Source of the DNA: Deltaproteobacteria bacterium
Lineage (GTDB): Bacteria; Myxococcota; JACRCW01
Length of the DNA stretch: 53,540 nucleotides
Reading direction: 5' to 3'
Assembly (NCBI GenBank): GCA_016218805.1
Contig: JACRCW010000043.1
Coordinates: forward strand, 1-53,540
Of the stretch, positions 1-11,600 are shown in pieces (within the stretch, counting starts at the first letter, position 1; every line of letters begins with the position of its first letter). The notes under the pieces are model-generated. The model made no database searches and was not told the DNA's origin. It worked only from the letters and a program-made list of their open reading frames with translations. A program made the translations under genes and the position numbers.

Positions 1-164
1 CTCCCGCCTCGGCGCTGACGCGCCTCGGCGGCCTCCCCCCCAAGGGGGGTGGCTACGCGTGCGCGGGCGCTGGCCGCATTCCGGCGCGTGCCCACTTGCT
101 CCACCCCCCACCCGCCTCGGCGCTGACGCGCCTCGGCGGCCTCCCCCACAAATGGGGAGGCAAC
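1..164. repeat. Two copies of an approximately 60-bp palindromic REP-like element
   Basis: CCCGCCTCGGCGCTGACGCGCCTCGGCGGCCTCCCCC..GGGG at 1-56 and 101-164. Confidence 0.85.
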
Positions 165-217
165 GCGAGCACGGGCGACGAGAGCGCGGGTGGCGGGGAT
201 GGTCGGCATGGGTGCTC

Positions 218-1357
218 CTACGGCTTGCGCGCGGCGCGGATTCCCTGGAGAACGCGTTCCAACTGTTCCGGCTTCATGGCGGACCCGCTGGGGAGGCAGA
301 GGCCCCGGTCAAAGAGCGCTTTTGCGGTATCCCCGCCGCGCACGCGGCAGTCCTTGAAGACGGGCTGCAGGTGCATGGGTTTCCATACGGGCCGCGCCTC
401 AATGTTCAGGCTCTCCAGTTGCACGCGGATCTGCTCGCGGCTGGCGCCGAATTGCGTGGGATTCACAGTGACGCACGTGAGCCACCCGTTGAATCGCCCG
501 TATTCCGCCTCCGGCATGAACGTGATTCCCGGCTCTTTCCCCAGCGTCTCACGGTAGAAGCGGTTGACGGCGCGGCGTTGTTCCACGCGTTGGTCCAGCA
601 CGCGCAGTTGTCCGCGCCCCACGGCGGCCAGCAGGTTGCTCATCCGGTAGTTGTACCCAATGTGGGTGTGTTCGTAGTGCGGGACGGGGTCGCGGGCCTG
701 GGTGGAGAGGAAGCGGGCGCGGTCGGTCCACTGCTTGTTGTGGGAGACCAGCATTCCGCCGCCGCTGGTGGTGATGATTTTATTGCCGTTGAAGGAGAAC
801 GCGGCCATGGCGCCAAACGCGCCGCAGGAGCGGCCGCGGTAGGAGGCGCCGAGCGCCTCAGCGGCATCTTCCAGCAGGGGGACCCCGTGGCGTTCGCAGG
901 CTTTGGCAATGGCGTCATAATCAGCGCTCTGGCCGTACAGGTCCACGGCAATGACGGCTTTGGGGAGTTTCCCGCGGCGGGCGCAGGCGTCAAGTTCCTC
1001 GGCCAGGAGCGCGGGGTCCATGTTCCAGGACTCCGCGGTGGAGTCAATGAACACGGGTTTCGCGCCCACGTAGGTGATGGCGTTGGCGGTGGCGGCAAAC
1101 GTGAGGGTGGAGGTGAGGACCTCGTCGTCACGCCCTACGCCGAGCATCAGCAGCGCCAGGTGCAGCGCGGACGTCCCGCTGGACAGCGCGACGGCGTGGG
1201 GGACACCGACCTTTTCCGCGAATTCCCTTTCAAACGCGTCAACGTGCGGTCCCAGCGGGGCGATCCAATTGGAATCAAACGCCTCCAGGAGGAGTGCGCG
1301 TTCCTGTTCTCCCATGTGGGGTGGTGAGAGGTAGATGCGCTCAGCAGTGGGGCTCAT
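218..1357 (-). CDS. DegT/DnrJ/EryC1/StrS family PLP-dependent sugar aminotransferase (PglE/EpsN-like)
   Basis: IYLSPPHMG N-terminus, SSGTSALHLAL, EDAAEALG, SFNGNKIITTSGGG (PLP lysine), GYNYRMSN. Start placed at the ATG at 1357. Confidence 0.93.
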   Translation of the reverse strand: MSPTAERIYLSPPHMGEQERALLLEAFDSNWIAPLGPHVDAFEREFAEKVGVPHAVALSSGTSALHLALLMLGVGRDDEVLTSTLTFAATANAITYVGAKPVFIDSTAESWNMDPALLAEELDACARRGKLPKAVIAVDLYGQSADYDAIAKACERHGVPLLEDAAEALGASYRGRSCGAFGAMAAFSFNGNKIITTSGGGMLVSHNKQWTDRARFLSTQARDPVPHYEHTHIGYNYRMSNLLAAVGRGQLRVLDQRVEQRRAVNRFYRETLGKEPGITFMPEAEYGRFNGWLTCVTVNPTQFGASREQIRVQLESLNIEARPVWKPMHLQPVFKDCRVRGGDTAKALFDRGLCLPSGSAMKPEQLERVLQGIRAARKP

Positions 1358-1382
1358 GTCAGGTCCAGCGCGTGACAAGCGC

Positions 1383-1448
1383 GTAGCCTCCCCCCTTGTG
1401 GGGGAGGTCGACGAGGCGCGTCAGCGCCGAGTCGGGTGGGGGGTGGGG
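1383..1448. repeat. REP-like element, same family, opposite orientation
   Basis: GTAGCCTCCCCCCTTGTGGGGGAGG...GAGGCGCGTCAGCGCCGAG..GGGTGGGGGG. Confidence 0.85.
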
Positions 1449-1522
1449 CAAGTGGGCCGGGCCGTCCCGTGGGTCATTTGGGCGGCGCGTTGAACGCGGG
1501 CTCGGCAGGAGCGGAAAACCCT

Positions 1523-2182
1523 TCATTTCACCGGACCGGTGAATGCGGGCATGGTGGCGTGGCCGTTGGCGCTGATGCCGTCCTGCATGAACACCGCGCC
1601 CACGGTGCGCAGCACAATGAGGAGGTCCAGCAGGACGTCCCAGTGGTCCACGTACCAGGTGTCCAGCGCGAACTTCTCCTCCCAGCTCAGCGAATTGCGG
1701 CCATTGACCTGCGCCCACCCGGTGATGCCGGGGCGCACGTCGTGGCGGCGGGCCTGTTCGGGGGAGTAGCGTTCCAGGTATTCCATGAGGAGTGGCCGTG
1801 GACCCACCAGGCTCATGTCGCCGTGGAGGACGTTGAGCAATTCAGGGAGTTCATCCAGGCTGGTGCGGCGGAGGAACTTTCCCAGTGCGGTGAGGCGGAC
1901 CTCGTCGGGCAGGAGGTTCCCGTGGGCGTCCCGCGCGTCGGTCATGGTGCGGAACTTGAGCATGCCAAACGGTTTGCCGCTGCGGCCGGGGCGGATTTGC
2001 CGGAACAGGACGGGGGTGCCCAGGTTGAGGCGGACGGCGGCGGCGCAGGCCAGCATGGGGCCGGCCAGGAGGCACAGTCCGGTGGTGGCGCCGGCAACGT
2101 CCAGCGCGCGCTTGAGAGCGCGGGAGCGCAGCGGGCGGCGCCACGCGGGGGTCTTCTGCTGGGTGCGGAAGTTCCCGTGCAT
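1523..2182 (-). CDS. Bacterial sugar transferase (PglC/WcaJ-type phosphoglycosyltransferase)
   Basis: KRALD, FRQIRPG, KFRTM, LRRTSLDELP, MSLVGPRP, RPGITGWAQVNGRN. Confidence 0.93.
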   Translation of the reverse strand: MHGNFRTQQKTPAWRRPLRSRALKRALDVAGATTGLCLLAGPMLACAAAVRLNLGTPVLFRQIRPGRSGKPFGMLKFRTMTDARDAHGNLLPDEVRLTALGKFLRRTSLDELPELLNVLHGDMSLVGPRPLLMEYLERYSPEQARRHDVRPGITGWAQVNGRNSLSWEEKFALDTWYVDHWDVLLDLLIVLRTVGAVFMQDGISANGHATMPAFTGPVK

Positions 2183-2187
2183 GGGTG

Positions 2188-3222
2188 TCAGGGACGCGCG
2201 GCGTTGACGTACCACGTCAGCGCCTCGGCCAGTCCTTCCTTCACGTCATGGGTGGGTTGGTAGCCCAGCAGTGTTCTCGCGCGGGTAATGTCTGCAAGGG
2301 AGTGCTTGACGTCCCCTTTGCGGAAGTCCGCGTACAGCGGTTCCTTGCAGGCCACGGGGAGCCCGCGCTCCAGCAGCCCATCCCGAATGAACGCAAACAG
2401 CTCAGTGAGGGACGTACGGGAGCCGCACGCCACGTTGTAGACGCCCTGGGCGGGCGGGGCCGCGTCGCCATGGTTCACCGCGGCGAGCAGGTTCGCCTGC
2501 ACCACGTTGGCGATGTAACAGAAGTCGCGGCTGGTGGTTCCGTCGCCGTAGATGCGGCAAGGTTCACCGCGCAGCAGGGTGGCAACCCAGCGGGGGATGA
2601 CCGCCGCATACTGTCCCGCGGGATCCTGGCGCGGGCCAAACACGTTGAAATAGCGCAATCCCGCGGTTTGCAGTCCGTACGCATCGCCGTATACCTGGGC
2701 ATATTCCTCATTGATGCGTTTGCTCAGCGCGTACGGGGAGACGCATTTCCCGGTATTGTCCTCGCGCTTCGGGAGTGCGGGGTGGTCACCGTAGACGGAG
2801 CTGGAGCTGGCGTAGACCAGGCGCTTCACGCCGGCGTCGCGCGCGGCGAGCATCACATTGACAAACCCGTCCACGTTGGCGCGGTGGGTGGCGCGGGGGT
2901 CTTCCAGGGAGCGGGGGACGGAGCCCAGCGCGGCCTGGTGGAGGACCAGGTGGACGTCCTTGCTGGCGCGCTCGCAGTCCTGGACGTCACGGATGTCGCC
3001 TTCAACAAACGTGAACCGGCGCGCGTTCTCGGGTCCCACCTGGGCCAGCAGGTCATCCAGATTGCGGCGGTGTCCGGTGGCAAAGTTATCAAGCCCGGTG
3101 ACGTCCTGCCGCAGCTGCAGGAGTTCCTGCACCAGGTGTGAGCCGATGAACCCGGCGGCGCCGGTGACGAGCCAGCGGCGGGGTAGGCGTCGCAGGGATT
3201 CCTGGATTTCCGCGTACATCAT
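2188..3222 (-). CDS. wbpP: UDP-N-acetylglucosamine 4-epimerase, WbpP/TviC-like SDR
   Basis: TGAAGFIGS, HQAALGSVPRS, YASSSSVYGD, SPYALSK (YxxxK), RYFNVFGPRQDP; adjacent to a WbpO/TviB homolog. Confidence 0.88.
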   Translation of the reverse strand: MMYAEIQESLRRLPRRWLVTGAAGFIGSHLVQELLQLRQDVTGLDNFATGHRRNLDDLLAQVGPENARRFTFVEGDIRDVQDCERASKDVHLVLHQAALGSVPRSLEDPRATHRANVDGFVNVMLAARDAGVKRLVYASSSSVYGDHPALPKREDNTGKCVSPYALSKRINEEYAQVYGDAYGLQTAGLRYFNVFGPRQDPAGQYAAVIPRWVATLLRGEPCRIYGDGTTSRDFCYIANVVQANLLAAVNHGDAAPPAQGVYNVACGSRTSLTELFAFIRDGLLERGLPVACKEPLYADFRKGDVKHSLADITRARTLLGYQPTHDVKEGLAEALTWYVNAARP

Positions 3223-3243
3223 CGGGCGAGCGCCGTGAACCGT

Positions 3244-3306
3244 GTAGCCTCCCCCCTTGTGGGGGAGGTCGCCGAGGCGCGCAGCGCCGAGGCGGGTGGG
3301 GGGTGG
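3244..3306. repeat. REP-like element, same family
   Basis: Near-identical to the 1383 copy; a degenerate copy lies at about 4617-4678. Confidence 0.85.
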
Positions 3307-3310
3307 GCGG

Positions 3311-4591
<1,281 letters not shown>

Positions 4592-4728
4592 GGGCGAGCT
4601 CCGCAACACAGCAACACCTCCACCCGCCGTGCGGGGGGGAGGTCGGCGACGCCAGTCGCCGGGTGGGGGGTGGGGGGAGTTGGAGGGGAGGAAGAGGATG
4701 GTTTGGACGTTGGGCCAGGTATTCCCGG

Positions 4729-5268
4729 CTATCCCAGGTGCATGACCACAAGGCCGCCGTGGGCGGTCACGGGGTGGCTCGGTTCCACGAGCACGGCGGC
4801 ATCCGCGTCGGAGCCATCGGGCACCAGGGTGGCGTCGGTGCGTGACCGCAGGCAATGCGCCACCACTTCAGAAAGCGGGCCTTTCCCAAGGATGGCCACC
4901 TGCACCGGGCGGCGCAGCCGTTCGGCCAGCGGCGGCACCTGGCGGGACAGCGCGTTCTCCACGCGGGTGGTCATCTCCAGGTATTGGGCGGCGGTGCGGT
5001 GCATGAACGCGTAAGCCAGCCGTGCCTTGAGTTCGATTCCGCGGGGGGTGAGCAGGTAGAGGTATCCCAGCTTGTGGTCGCTGCTGGCGACGTTCTGGAC
5101 CTTGACCAGGCCCTTCTCCACCAGGCGTCGCAGGACAAAGTGCGCCTTGGTGAGGCTCATTCCCACGCGCAGGGCGAGTTCGCGCTGGCTGAGGGACGGC
5201 TCGGCGGCCAGCGCTTCCAGCACGGGAAGTTCCGGGTCGGCCGCCAGGGTTCGTCCGTTCATCGCCAT
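4729..5268 (-). CDS. MarR-type winged-helix regulator, EPS-associated type
   Basis: SQRELALRVGMSL...LVEKGLVK...YLYLLTPRGIELK, followed by a short Rossmann-like tail; lies directly upstream of the sugar genes. Start is 5268 or 5262. Confidence 0.8.
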   Translation of the reverse strand: MAMNGRTLAADPELPVLEALAAEPSLSQRELALRVGMSLTKAHFVLRRLVEKGLVKVQNVASSDHKLGYLYLLTPRGIELKARLAYAFMHRTAAQYLEMTTRVENALSRQVPPLAERLRRPVQVAILGKGPLSEVVAHCLRSRTDATLVPDGSDADAAVLVEPSHPVTAHGGLVVMHLG

Positions 5269-5626
5269 GACCTGTGTGACCGCGCTGGCGGGTGCTGCGG
5301 CCGCGCGGCAGGCTCCGCCCATTTCGGTCCCATGGGGACCGCCGTGCACCACTGTTTCAAGACGAAACGTGGCATTGACACCAGCACGCCAGACCAATCG
5401 CAGTCGGATGACCACGCCGGATGTGGCGGAATTCCGCGAGGGTTGCCCGAAGCCCCCTCGGGAATCGGCGGGTGTGTATCCCGTCAGGGGCGTGTCGTTC
5501 AACGCGGGATCGTCCCAGGTGCCGATTCCGCAGGTAACGCACCGTTTCTACAAGACAATGCGTGGCGCCAAGGCCGTTTCACCCACGAACGTGTCCCCGC
5601 CGGGTGGGTGCGTGTCCTCCCGCCCG

Positions 5627-6154
5627 TCAGGCATCCTGCAGCACGTCATCACCGCCCAGCTGCGCGCGCACGCCGCGGCCCAGCAGGTGGATCTGCACAA
5701 TCAGCCTCCGGCGCCCGTCCGGTCCCACCTCCACCACGCCCACCGCGCCGGCCAAAGCGCCGGAGATGACGCGCACGCGGGTGCCCGGGACCAGGCGCTG
5801 GATGGGATCCACCTGGGTCTCCGCGTTCAGCACCACGCGGATGGATTCAATCTCCTCGTCGGGGATCGCAATGGCAATGCGATCATCGTCGGGGACGCGG
5901 CCCACCAGGTCATAGGTCTGGTGCACCTTCAGCATGTCCACGCGGCGCTGCGCCGTCAGCAGCGTGTGGACAAACAGGTACCCGGGGAACATGGCAATCT
6001 CGACGGTCTTGACGCGGTCGCTCCACTTGCGGCGCTCCTTGCGGATGGGCAGCAGCACCTCAAACTTTCGGTTGGCAAGGTCCGCCGCCGCGGCTTTCTC
6101 CTGGCGGGTGTGGACCCGCAAGGCGTACCACCGGGGTACTGGAGTGTCGTTCAT
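5627..6154 (-). CDS. NusG-paralog transcription antiterminator (UpxY/RfaH/LoaP-like)
   Basis: WYALRVHTRQEK, MFPGYLFV (NGN domain), GTRVRVISGALAGAVGVV (KOW); heads the polysaccharide cluster. Confidence 0.88.
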   Translation of the reverse strand: MNDTPVPRWYALRVHTRQEKAAAADLANRKFEVLLPIRKERRKWSDRVKTVEIAMFPGYLFVHTLLTAQRRVDMLKVHQTYDLVGRVPDDDRIAIAIPDEEIESIRVVLNAETQVDPIQRLVPGTRVRVISGALAGAVGVVEVGPDGRRRLIVQIHLLGRGVRAQLGGDDVLQDA

Positions 6155-6229
6155 GCCCGCGCCCCTCGACCGGTGTCGTGTCGTGCCACGCGGGGTTACT
6201 CGCCCGGGCGGGCTGGCCGCAACCGCGCT

Positions 6230-8176
6230 TCAGTAGGCCAGCCAGCGCACGTCGTCGACCCACCACCCGCCCGCTGACGGCGCCGCCGCCCACCGGACCC
6301 GCACGGTGTCGCGCGCGGCGGCCCACGCTGTCAGGTCCAGCACCTGCGGGCCCGCGGTGGCGCCGTCCCACCGGGCCACCTCCGTCCACGGCTCCCCGGC
6401 GGCGCTGACCAGGACGCGCGCGGTGCCCGCCTCACGCGCGTGGGAGAACCACAGCGCCACCCCGGGGAGGCTGGTGGCGTCCAGGGGCGGACTCTCCAGG
6501 GCTTCCTCGTCGGGTGCGGCCGGCACGTCCGGCGCCAGCCACGCGCGGCCGCCCTCCCACCGCCAACCCAGCCCGTCCCCGCCGGCATCCACCGCCACCA
6601 GTCCGTCCAGGTCCGCGGCAAACGTGGCTTCCAGCACCGCGCCGGTGGGCGGGACACAGGCGCGCTGCCCGGTGCTGCCCACGCAGGCCAGGCCGTCGTC
6701 GCAGCGGGTGCCCGCCGCGTCACACGGCTCCCCGTCCGCCACACGCAGGTCTGCGTGCAGCTCCAGCGCGTAGGCGCCGCCATCCGTCTGGCCGTACACG
6801 CCCACCAGCAGCTGGCCGGCGGCCGCGTTGACGGTGACGGGAGTGCCAGCCCCGCAGCCCAACACGGTGCCGCTGCAGTCGTCCTGGAGCAGGTAGGCCA
6901 CCGTTCCCACCGCGGGCGCGGCCTCAACGCGCGAACTCCCACCCACCACCACCCTGTGCCAGGCGGACGGGCCGGTGGCGGGGCACGAACCGCCCGCGGG
7001 GACGCCCATGGGCCCGTCCAGCGTGCCCTGGATCCACGCCGCGTCAACGGCGGGTGCGCTGCCGCACGCGGCGCCGGGGGAGAGCTCGGCGCGCGGCAGT
7101 TCAGTCACGCGCAGGGTGAAGGCGTCCGGCGCAGCCGTCCCGTCAAACGCCACCACAATGAACATCACCGCCCGCGCGGGCAGGACGGGCGTGGCCAGCT
7201 GCGCGGTCTGTGCGGGGCCGCGCGGGGCGCTGCACGCGGCGCCGGGGCCGGCCATGGTGCACTCGGAGCGGACCCACAGGACGGGCAGGGTGCCGCGTTG
7301 CAGCGGGTCTGCCGCCTCCAGCAGCAGCGCCGCCGGGCGCGGCCCCACGGTGAAACGGTGCACGTAGCGCCAGGGCAGGGCGGTGGTGGCGCCGTCGCAC
7401 GGCGCGGTGGCGGCGGCGGGGGCCGGCGGCAGGGGGATGGGCTCATAGGTGAAAGCGTGGCCTTCCACGTTGGAGAGGGCCGGGTCGGCGATATCCGGGG
7501 CTGCGCCGCATTCGTCCCCGGCGGTGAGCCGGCAGTCTGCCTCGCAGCGCAGGCTGCCACCGGCGTCGTCACAGGGCTCACCCGGTTCCTTCTGGCCGTT
7601 GCCGCATTGCGCCTCCAGCGTGCAGTCCGGTGCGCAGCCGTCCAGCGCGCGCGCGTTGCCGTCGTCGCAGGCTTCGCCGCCCAGCACGAGGTTGTCGCCG
7701 CAGCGGGGCGTGCAGGCACCGCTGGCCGGACAGTCCCAGCCCGCTTCGGTGCGGCAGTCGGTGCACCCGTCCTCGGGCGCAAAGTTTCCGTCGTCGCACT
7801 GTTCGCCGGTGTCCGGTTGGCCGTTGCCGCAGGTGAGGGCGGATGCCGCGCTGGCGCCGGAGGAGGATGCGCCGGCGTCGGAGGATGGTGGGCCTGAGGA
7901 CGCGGTGGCGGAGGACGCCGCAGCGCTGCTGGAGGCGCTCGCCAGACTGGAGGAAGCGGTTGCGGACGACGAGCCGGTGATCACCGAGGAACTGGAAGCC
8001 GGGTGGGTGGCGGAGCTGGATGCTGACGAGGAGGCGTCCGCTCCCGACGAGGACCCTCCGCTTGTTGACGATCCGCCGCCCGGCGGCGCGGTGGTGCATG
8101 CTCCGGCGAGGAGGAGCGCAACGGCGATGGTCAGCCCCGCGCCGCGCCGTTCCCACGTCGCCGCCACAGGGGTCAC
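6230..8176 (-). CDS. Lipoprotein with Ser-rich linker and myxobacterial Cys-rich repeats (DUF4215-like)
   Basis: LLAGAC lipobox, poly-Ser region, repeated CGNG..GEQCDDGN..DGC motifs. Confidence 0.8.
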   Translation of the reverse strand: MTPVAATWERRGAGLTIAVALLLAGACTTAPPGGGSSTSGGSSSGADASSSASSSATHPASSSSVITGSSSATASSSLASASSSAAASSATASSGPPSSDAGASSSGASAASALTCGNGQPDTGEQCDDGNFAPEDGCTDCRTEAGWDCPASGACTPRCGDNLVLGGEACDDGNARALDGCAPDCTLEAQCGNGQKEPGEPCDDAGGSLRCEADCRLTAGDECGAAPDIADPALSNVEGHAFTYEPIPLPPAPAAATAPCDGATTALPWRYVHRFTVGPRPAALLLEAADPLQRGTLPVLWVRSECTMAGPGAACSAPRGPAQTAQLATPVLPARAVMFIVVAFDGTAAPDAFTLRVTELPRAELSPGAACGSAPAVDAAWIQGTLDGPMGVPAGGSCPATGPSAWHRVVVGGSSRVEAAPAVGTVAYLLQDDCSGTVLGCGAGTPVTVNAAAGQLLVGVYGQTDGGAYALELHADLRVADGEPCDAAGTRCDDGLACVGSTGQRACVPPTGAVLEATFAADLDGLVAVDAGGDGLGWRWEGGRAWLAPDVPAAPDEEALESPPLDATSLPGVALWFSHAREAGTARVLVSAAGEPWTEVARWDGATAGPQVLDLTAWAAARDTVRVRWAAAPSAGGWWVDDVRWLAY

Positions 8177-8607
8177 GGCTCCACGTTGAACCGGGTTTCC
8201 TTCACGGGCGCGGCGCCGCCGTTGTAGTAGAAGCGCGCCGTCCAGGCGCCGTACAGCCGGTATTCCTCAACAAACGTCCCGGCAATGGCCAGCCGCGCAA
8301 CCGCCTCACCGCCGGGGCCAATGGGAACGGTGACGGTTTCATACACGCGCCCGTTGGGCGCCACGAGCTCCACCCGCTGGTGGTCGCCCGGCAGGATGTC
8401 CGTCCAGCGCGCGCGCACCACCGCGGCCGTGTCCACGCTGCGGATCGCGGTGCCCGGTTCGGACTCCGGATGCACACTGACCACCGGCGCGCTGCCCGCA
8501 AACCCGGTGGGCCCCTTCTCCTCGGGGGGCATGACGCCGCCCTGCTGTTCGCAGGCGGTTGCCAGCATCAGCAGGGCCAGCAGGCGCGTTCCGGGAGGGG
8601 TGTCCAT
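8173..8607 (-). CDS. Small lipoprotein of unknown function, paralog of 20209-20643
   Basis: LLMLATAC lipobox; shares VELVAPNGRVY...GT...YR..G.WT.R.YYN with the paralog; aggag RBS. Confidence 0.8.
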   Translation of the reverse strand: MDTPPGTRLLALLMLATACEQQGGVMPPEEKGPTGFAGSAPVVSVHPESEPGTAIRSVDTAAVVRARWTDILPGDHQRVELVAPNGRVYETVTVPIGPGGEAVARLAIAGTFVEEYRLYGAWTARFYYNGGAAPVKETRFNVEP

Positions 8608-8619
8608 CGTCGTCGCTCC

Positions 8620-11600
8620 TCAGAAGTACGGCAGGCCCCAGAAGGTCCCCGAATCACTGCCCACAAACAGCACCCCATCCCAGCTGTCAAACGCCGGCTC
8701 GGACAGGGACGACCCATCAACAACGCTCTCGGACACGGCGGCTCCCGTGAGCAGGTTGCGCCGGTAAAGCCGGCCGTCGGCGGAGACGTACAGCGCGCTG
8801 TTGGCGTTGACCGTCACCACGCCGCCCACCACGCCGGAGGCAGCCTGGAACACGGTGAACGCCGTGTCCCGCGCCAGCGCCAGCGGCGTGGCGGTGAGGG
8901 TGAGCTTGCCCACGCGCCCGTTGGTGGTGACGTAGATGACGCCGTTGGTCCCGGAGGGCACCACGGCCTTCACCGGTCCCTCCACCGTGAAGGACACGCT
9001 CGCCATGGTGTCCGGGTGGATGGCGTACACGGCCGCAGCGTTGTTGGCCCCCACCACGTAACGGTCGGCAATCTTGCGGGGCTGGCAGGCGAACAACGTC
9101 CCGGACAGCAGCCGGCGGTTGCCGGCCCACGCCGCGGGCGGGTTGGGGACCGCGGTGCCCGCCCCCGCCGACACGTCGAACCCGACGATGCCACCGCCGC
9201 CCGACGCAATGGGCACCAACGCCCAGCCGCGCGTGTAATCCAGGTAGCTGTCGGCGCGGACGGACTCGTTGTTGGCGAGCGCAAACGACCACAACTCGCC
9301 CGCCAGCAGGGGGTCCAGCGCGCGGATGCTGTTGGCAAGGTCGTTGGTGCCCACCAGCAGGAAGTCCTCGGTTGCCGCGGGCAGCAGCGAAGCCAGTGCC
9401 ACGTGCACGCTGCTCCCGGCAGCCCGCCCCAGGGCGCGGGTGATGATGGCGTCCACCCCCGCGGGGTCAATCCGGTAGATGTTGCCGTTGGAGGTGTTGT
9501 CCGCCAGGAACACCCGCGTCGCGCCGGTCCCCAGCGTGGCCAGCGTGGCGCGCCGCTGCACGTTGCCACTCAGCGGCACGGCGCGCTGCGTCTCCACACC
9601 CGTGGCGTCTATGGAGAACAGGCTCTGGTTCTGCATGGGCACCAGCGCAATGGCCGGGTTGGTCCCCGTGCCGCGGCGGATGGTGGGCGGCGCCAGCGTG
9701 AAGGACCCGGTGGACCTGGCGGCAAACCACCCCGTCCCCGTCGGCCGCGCCGGCATCGCCACCGTCAGCGGCTGCGAATAGATGCGCGCCGCATCAAAGT
9801 TGTTGAACGCGTAGCTCTGCGCTGTGTCCGCTACCGTGACCGACGCGTCCTCCACGCAGCTCTGCAACGCCGAGGAGCACAGCGCGGTCACGCCTCCCGC
9901 GCCCGGCGGTGTGTACGTCGTCGTATCCACGGGGCCGGTCGCGCCGCGCGTCACCAGCACCCCGGCCGAGTCCCGCGGCGGCACCAGTGGCACCCCGGGG
10001 GTCCCCGCATTGAGGGAGGTGTCCGTCCAGTAGAAGGTGGGGCGCGTGGACGCCGCGCTCCGGACCACCAGCGGGAGCAGCGGGGCGGCCAGCGGCAACA
10101 GCAGATCCAGCGGTGAGACTGACGTGAGCACCGGGGCGCCGTTCCCCACCTTGTACGAAACGCTCAGCGACCCACCCGGTGCTTCGGCGGCAACCGCGGG
10201 AAACACGGAGCCCGTATTGGTGGCGCGCAGGACCACCGTGCTGCCTGTGGCCAGGCCTGGCGTGCAATCAAACCGCACATCCGTGTTGGACACCGCGCCC
10301 ACCACGCAGCCCGGATTGGTCCCCGTGAAGCTGTCCTGCGCCCCGGAGGCCCAGGCCCAGCTGTTGGACGGGCGGGACACCGTCACCTGCGTGACGCTGC
10401 CGCTCCCCGGCCCCTGCATGCGCAGCAACACGCCGCCATCCGCCTTGGTCCCGTACACGGTGCTGTTGACCAGCGTCACGGTGGGCTGCGTGACCACGTT
10501 GAACAGCGCTGAACTGGGTCCCGCCGGGTTGGGCGCCACATTCACCGTCGCCCGCAGACGGTTGTTGTTCCCGGTCCCGGTGTAGCGGAAGTAGACCGCG
10601 TTGGCGGCGGTGGCGCCGTCCGTCATGGCCACGTTGGCCGTGAGCCCCGCCGCCAGGCACGGCGGCACCGTGCAGATGCGCGGCGTCAGGCCGGCCGTCA
10701 CCGTGAAGGTGACGGGGAGCGTGCCCGTGAACCCGGCCGCGCCAATGACCTGGTTGTTGAACGCATCCGTCACCCGCAGGTCAAACGCCGTGTCCACGTT
10801 CTGCAGCACCAGGGACGGGGTTCCCGCCGGCGCGGCGCCTTCGGTGAACGTCTGGCCGGGCAGCAACACGTACGCGTTGGCGGGTGCCGCCGGCGTGATG
10901 ATGTAATCCTTGGGCCCCGCCGTGATGTTCTGGTTCCCGAGCGTGCGGGTGGCCGTCAGCGTCCAGGTGGGCGCGGACCGCCGTGTGTCCCGCAGGTACA
11001 CGCTGCGCGCTGTCACCGTCCGCGCCGTGTAGGTCTGGGTGACGGTGGCGGTGCCCCCGCCGGCGCACGTGGTGCTGGTGAACAGAAAGTCCGCAGGTGA
11101 GGTGGAGGAGAACTGCACGTTGGTGTTGGCCGTGGCCGGCACCGGAAAACCGTAGACGTTGCGCAACTCCGCCGTGAACGGGCCCCGGCACGCCGTGCTG
11201 CTGGCCGCGTAGCTGGGCGTCCCCGCCGGCGCGGTGAAGACCAGCTGCGACGGACCACCGTAATAGGTCACCGTGGTCGCAATGGCGCTGCGCGACGGGG
11301 ACATGGTGAACCCCGACGAATAGCCGGCCCGGGCCGTCACCTGGCTCCAGCCGAAGTAGATCCCCACGTTGCTGGCAAACGTCCCGTTGCCCGTGGCGAT
11401 GCTGCCCCCCGCCGCGGGCGGCGTGGGGTTGGTGGTGGCCGGGTTGAACGCCACGCCGGTGGCCGTTCCCTCCAGCGCGGCCACCTGCAACACCAGTTCG
11501 TAGTTGTAGTTGGTGTTGTTGGTGGTTCCGCTGGAGATGCTGGCCGCGTTGTTGGCCGTATTGGAGATCCGCCGGTCACGCACCCCCGTGGGGTTGCGCA

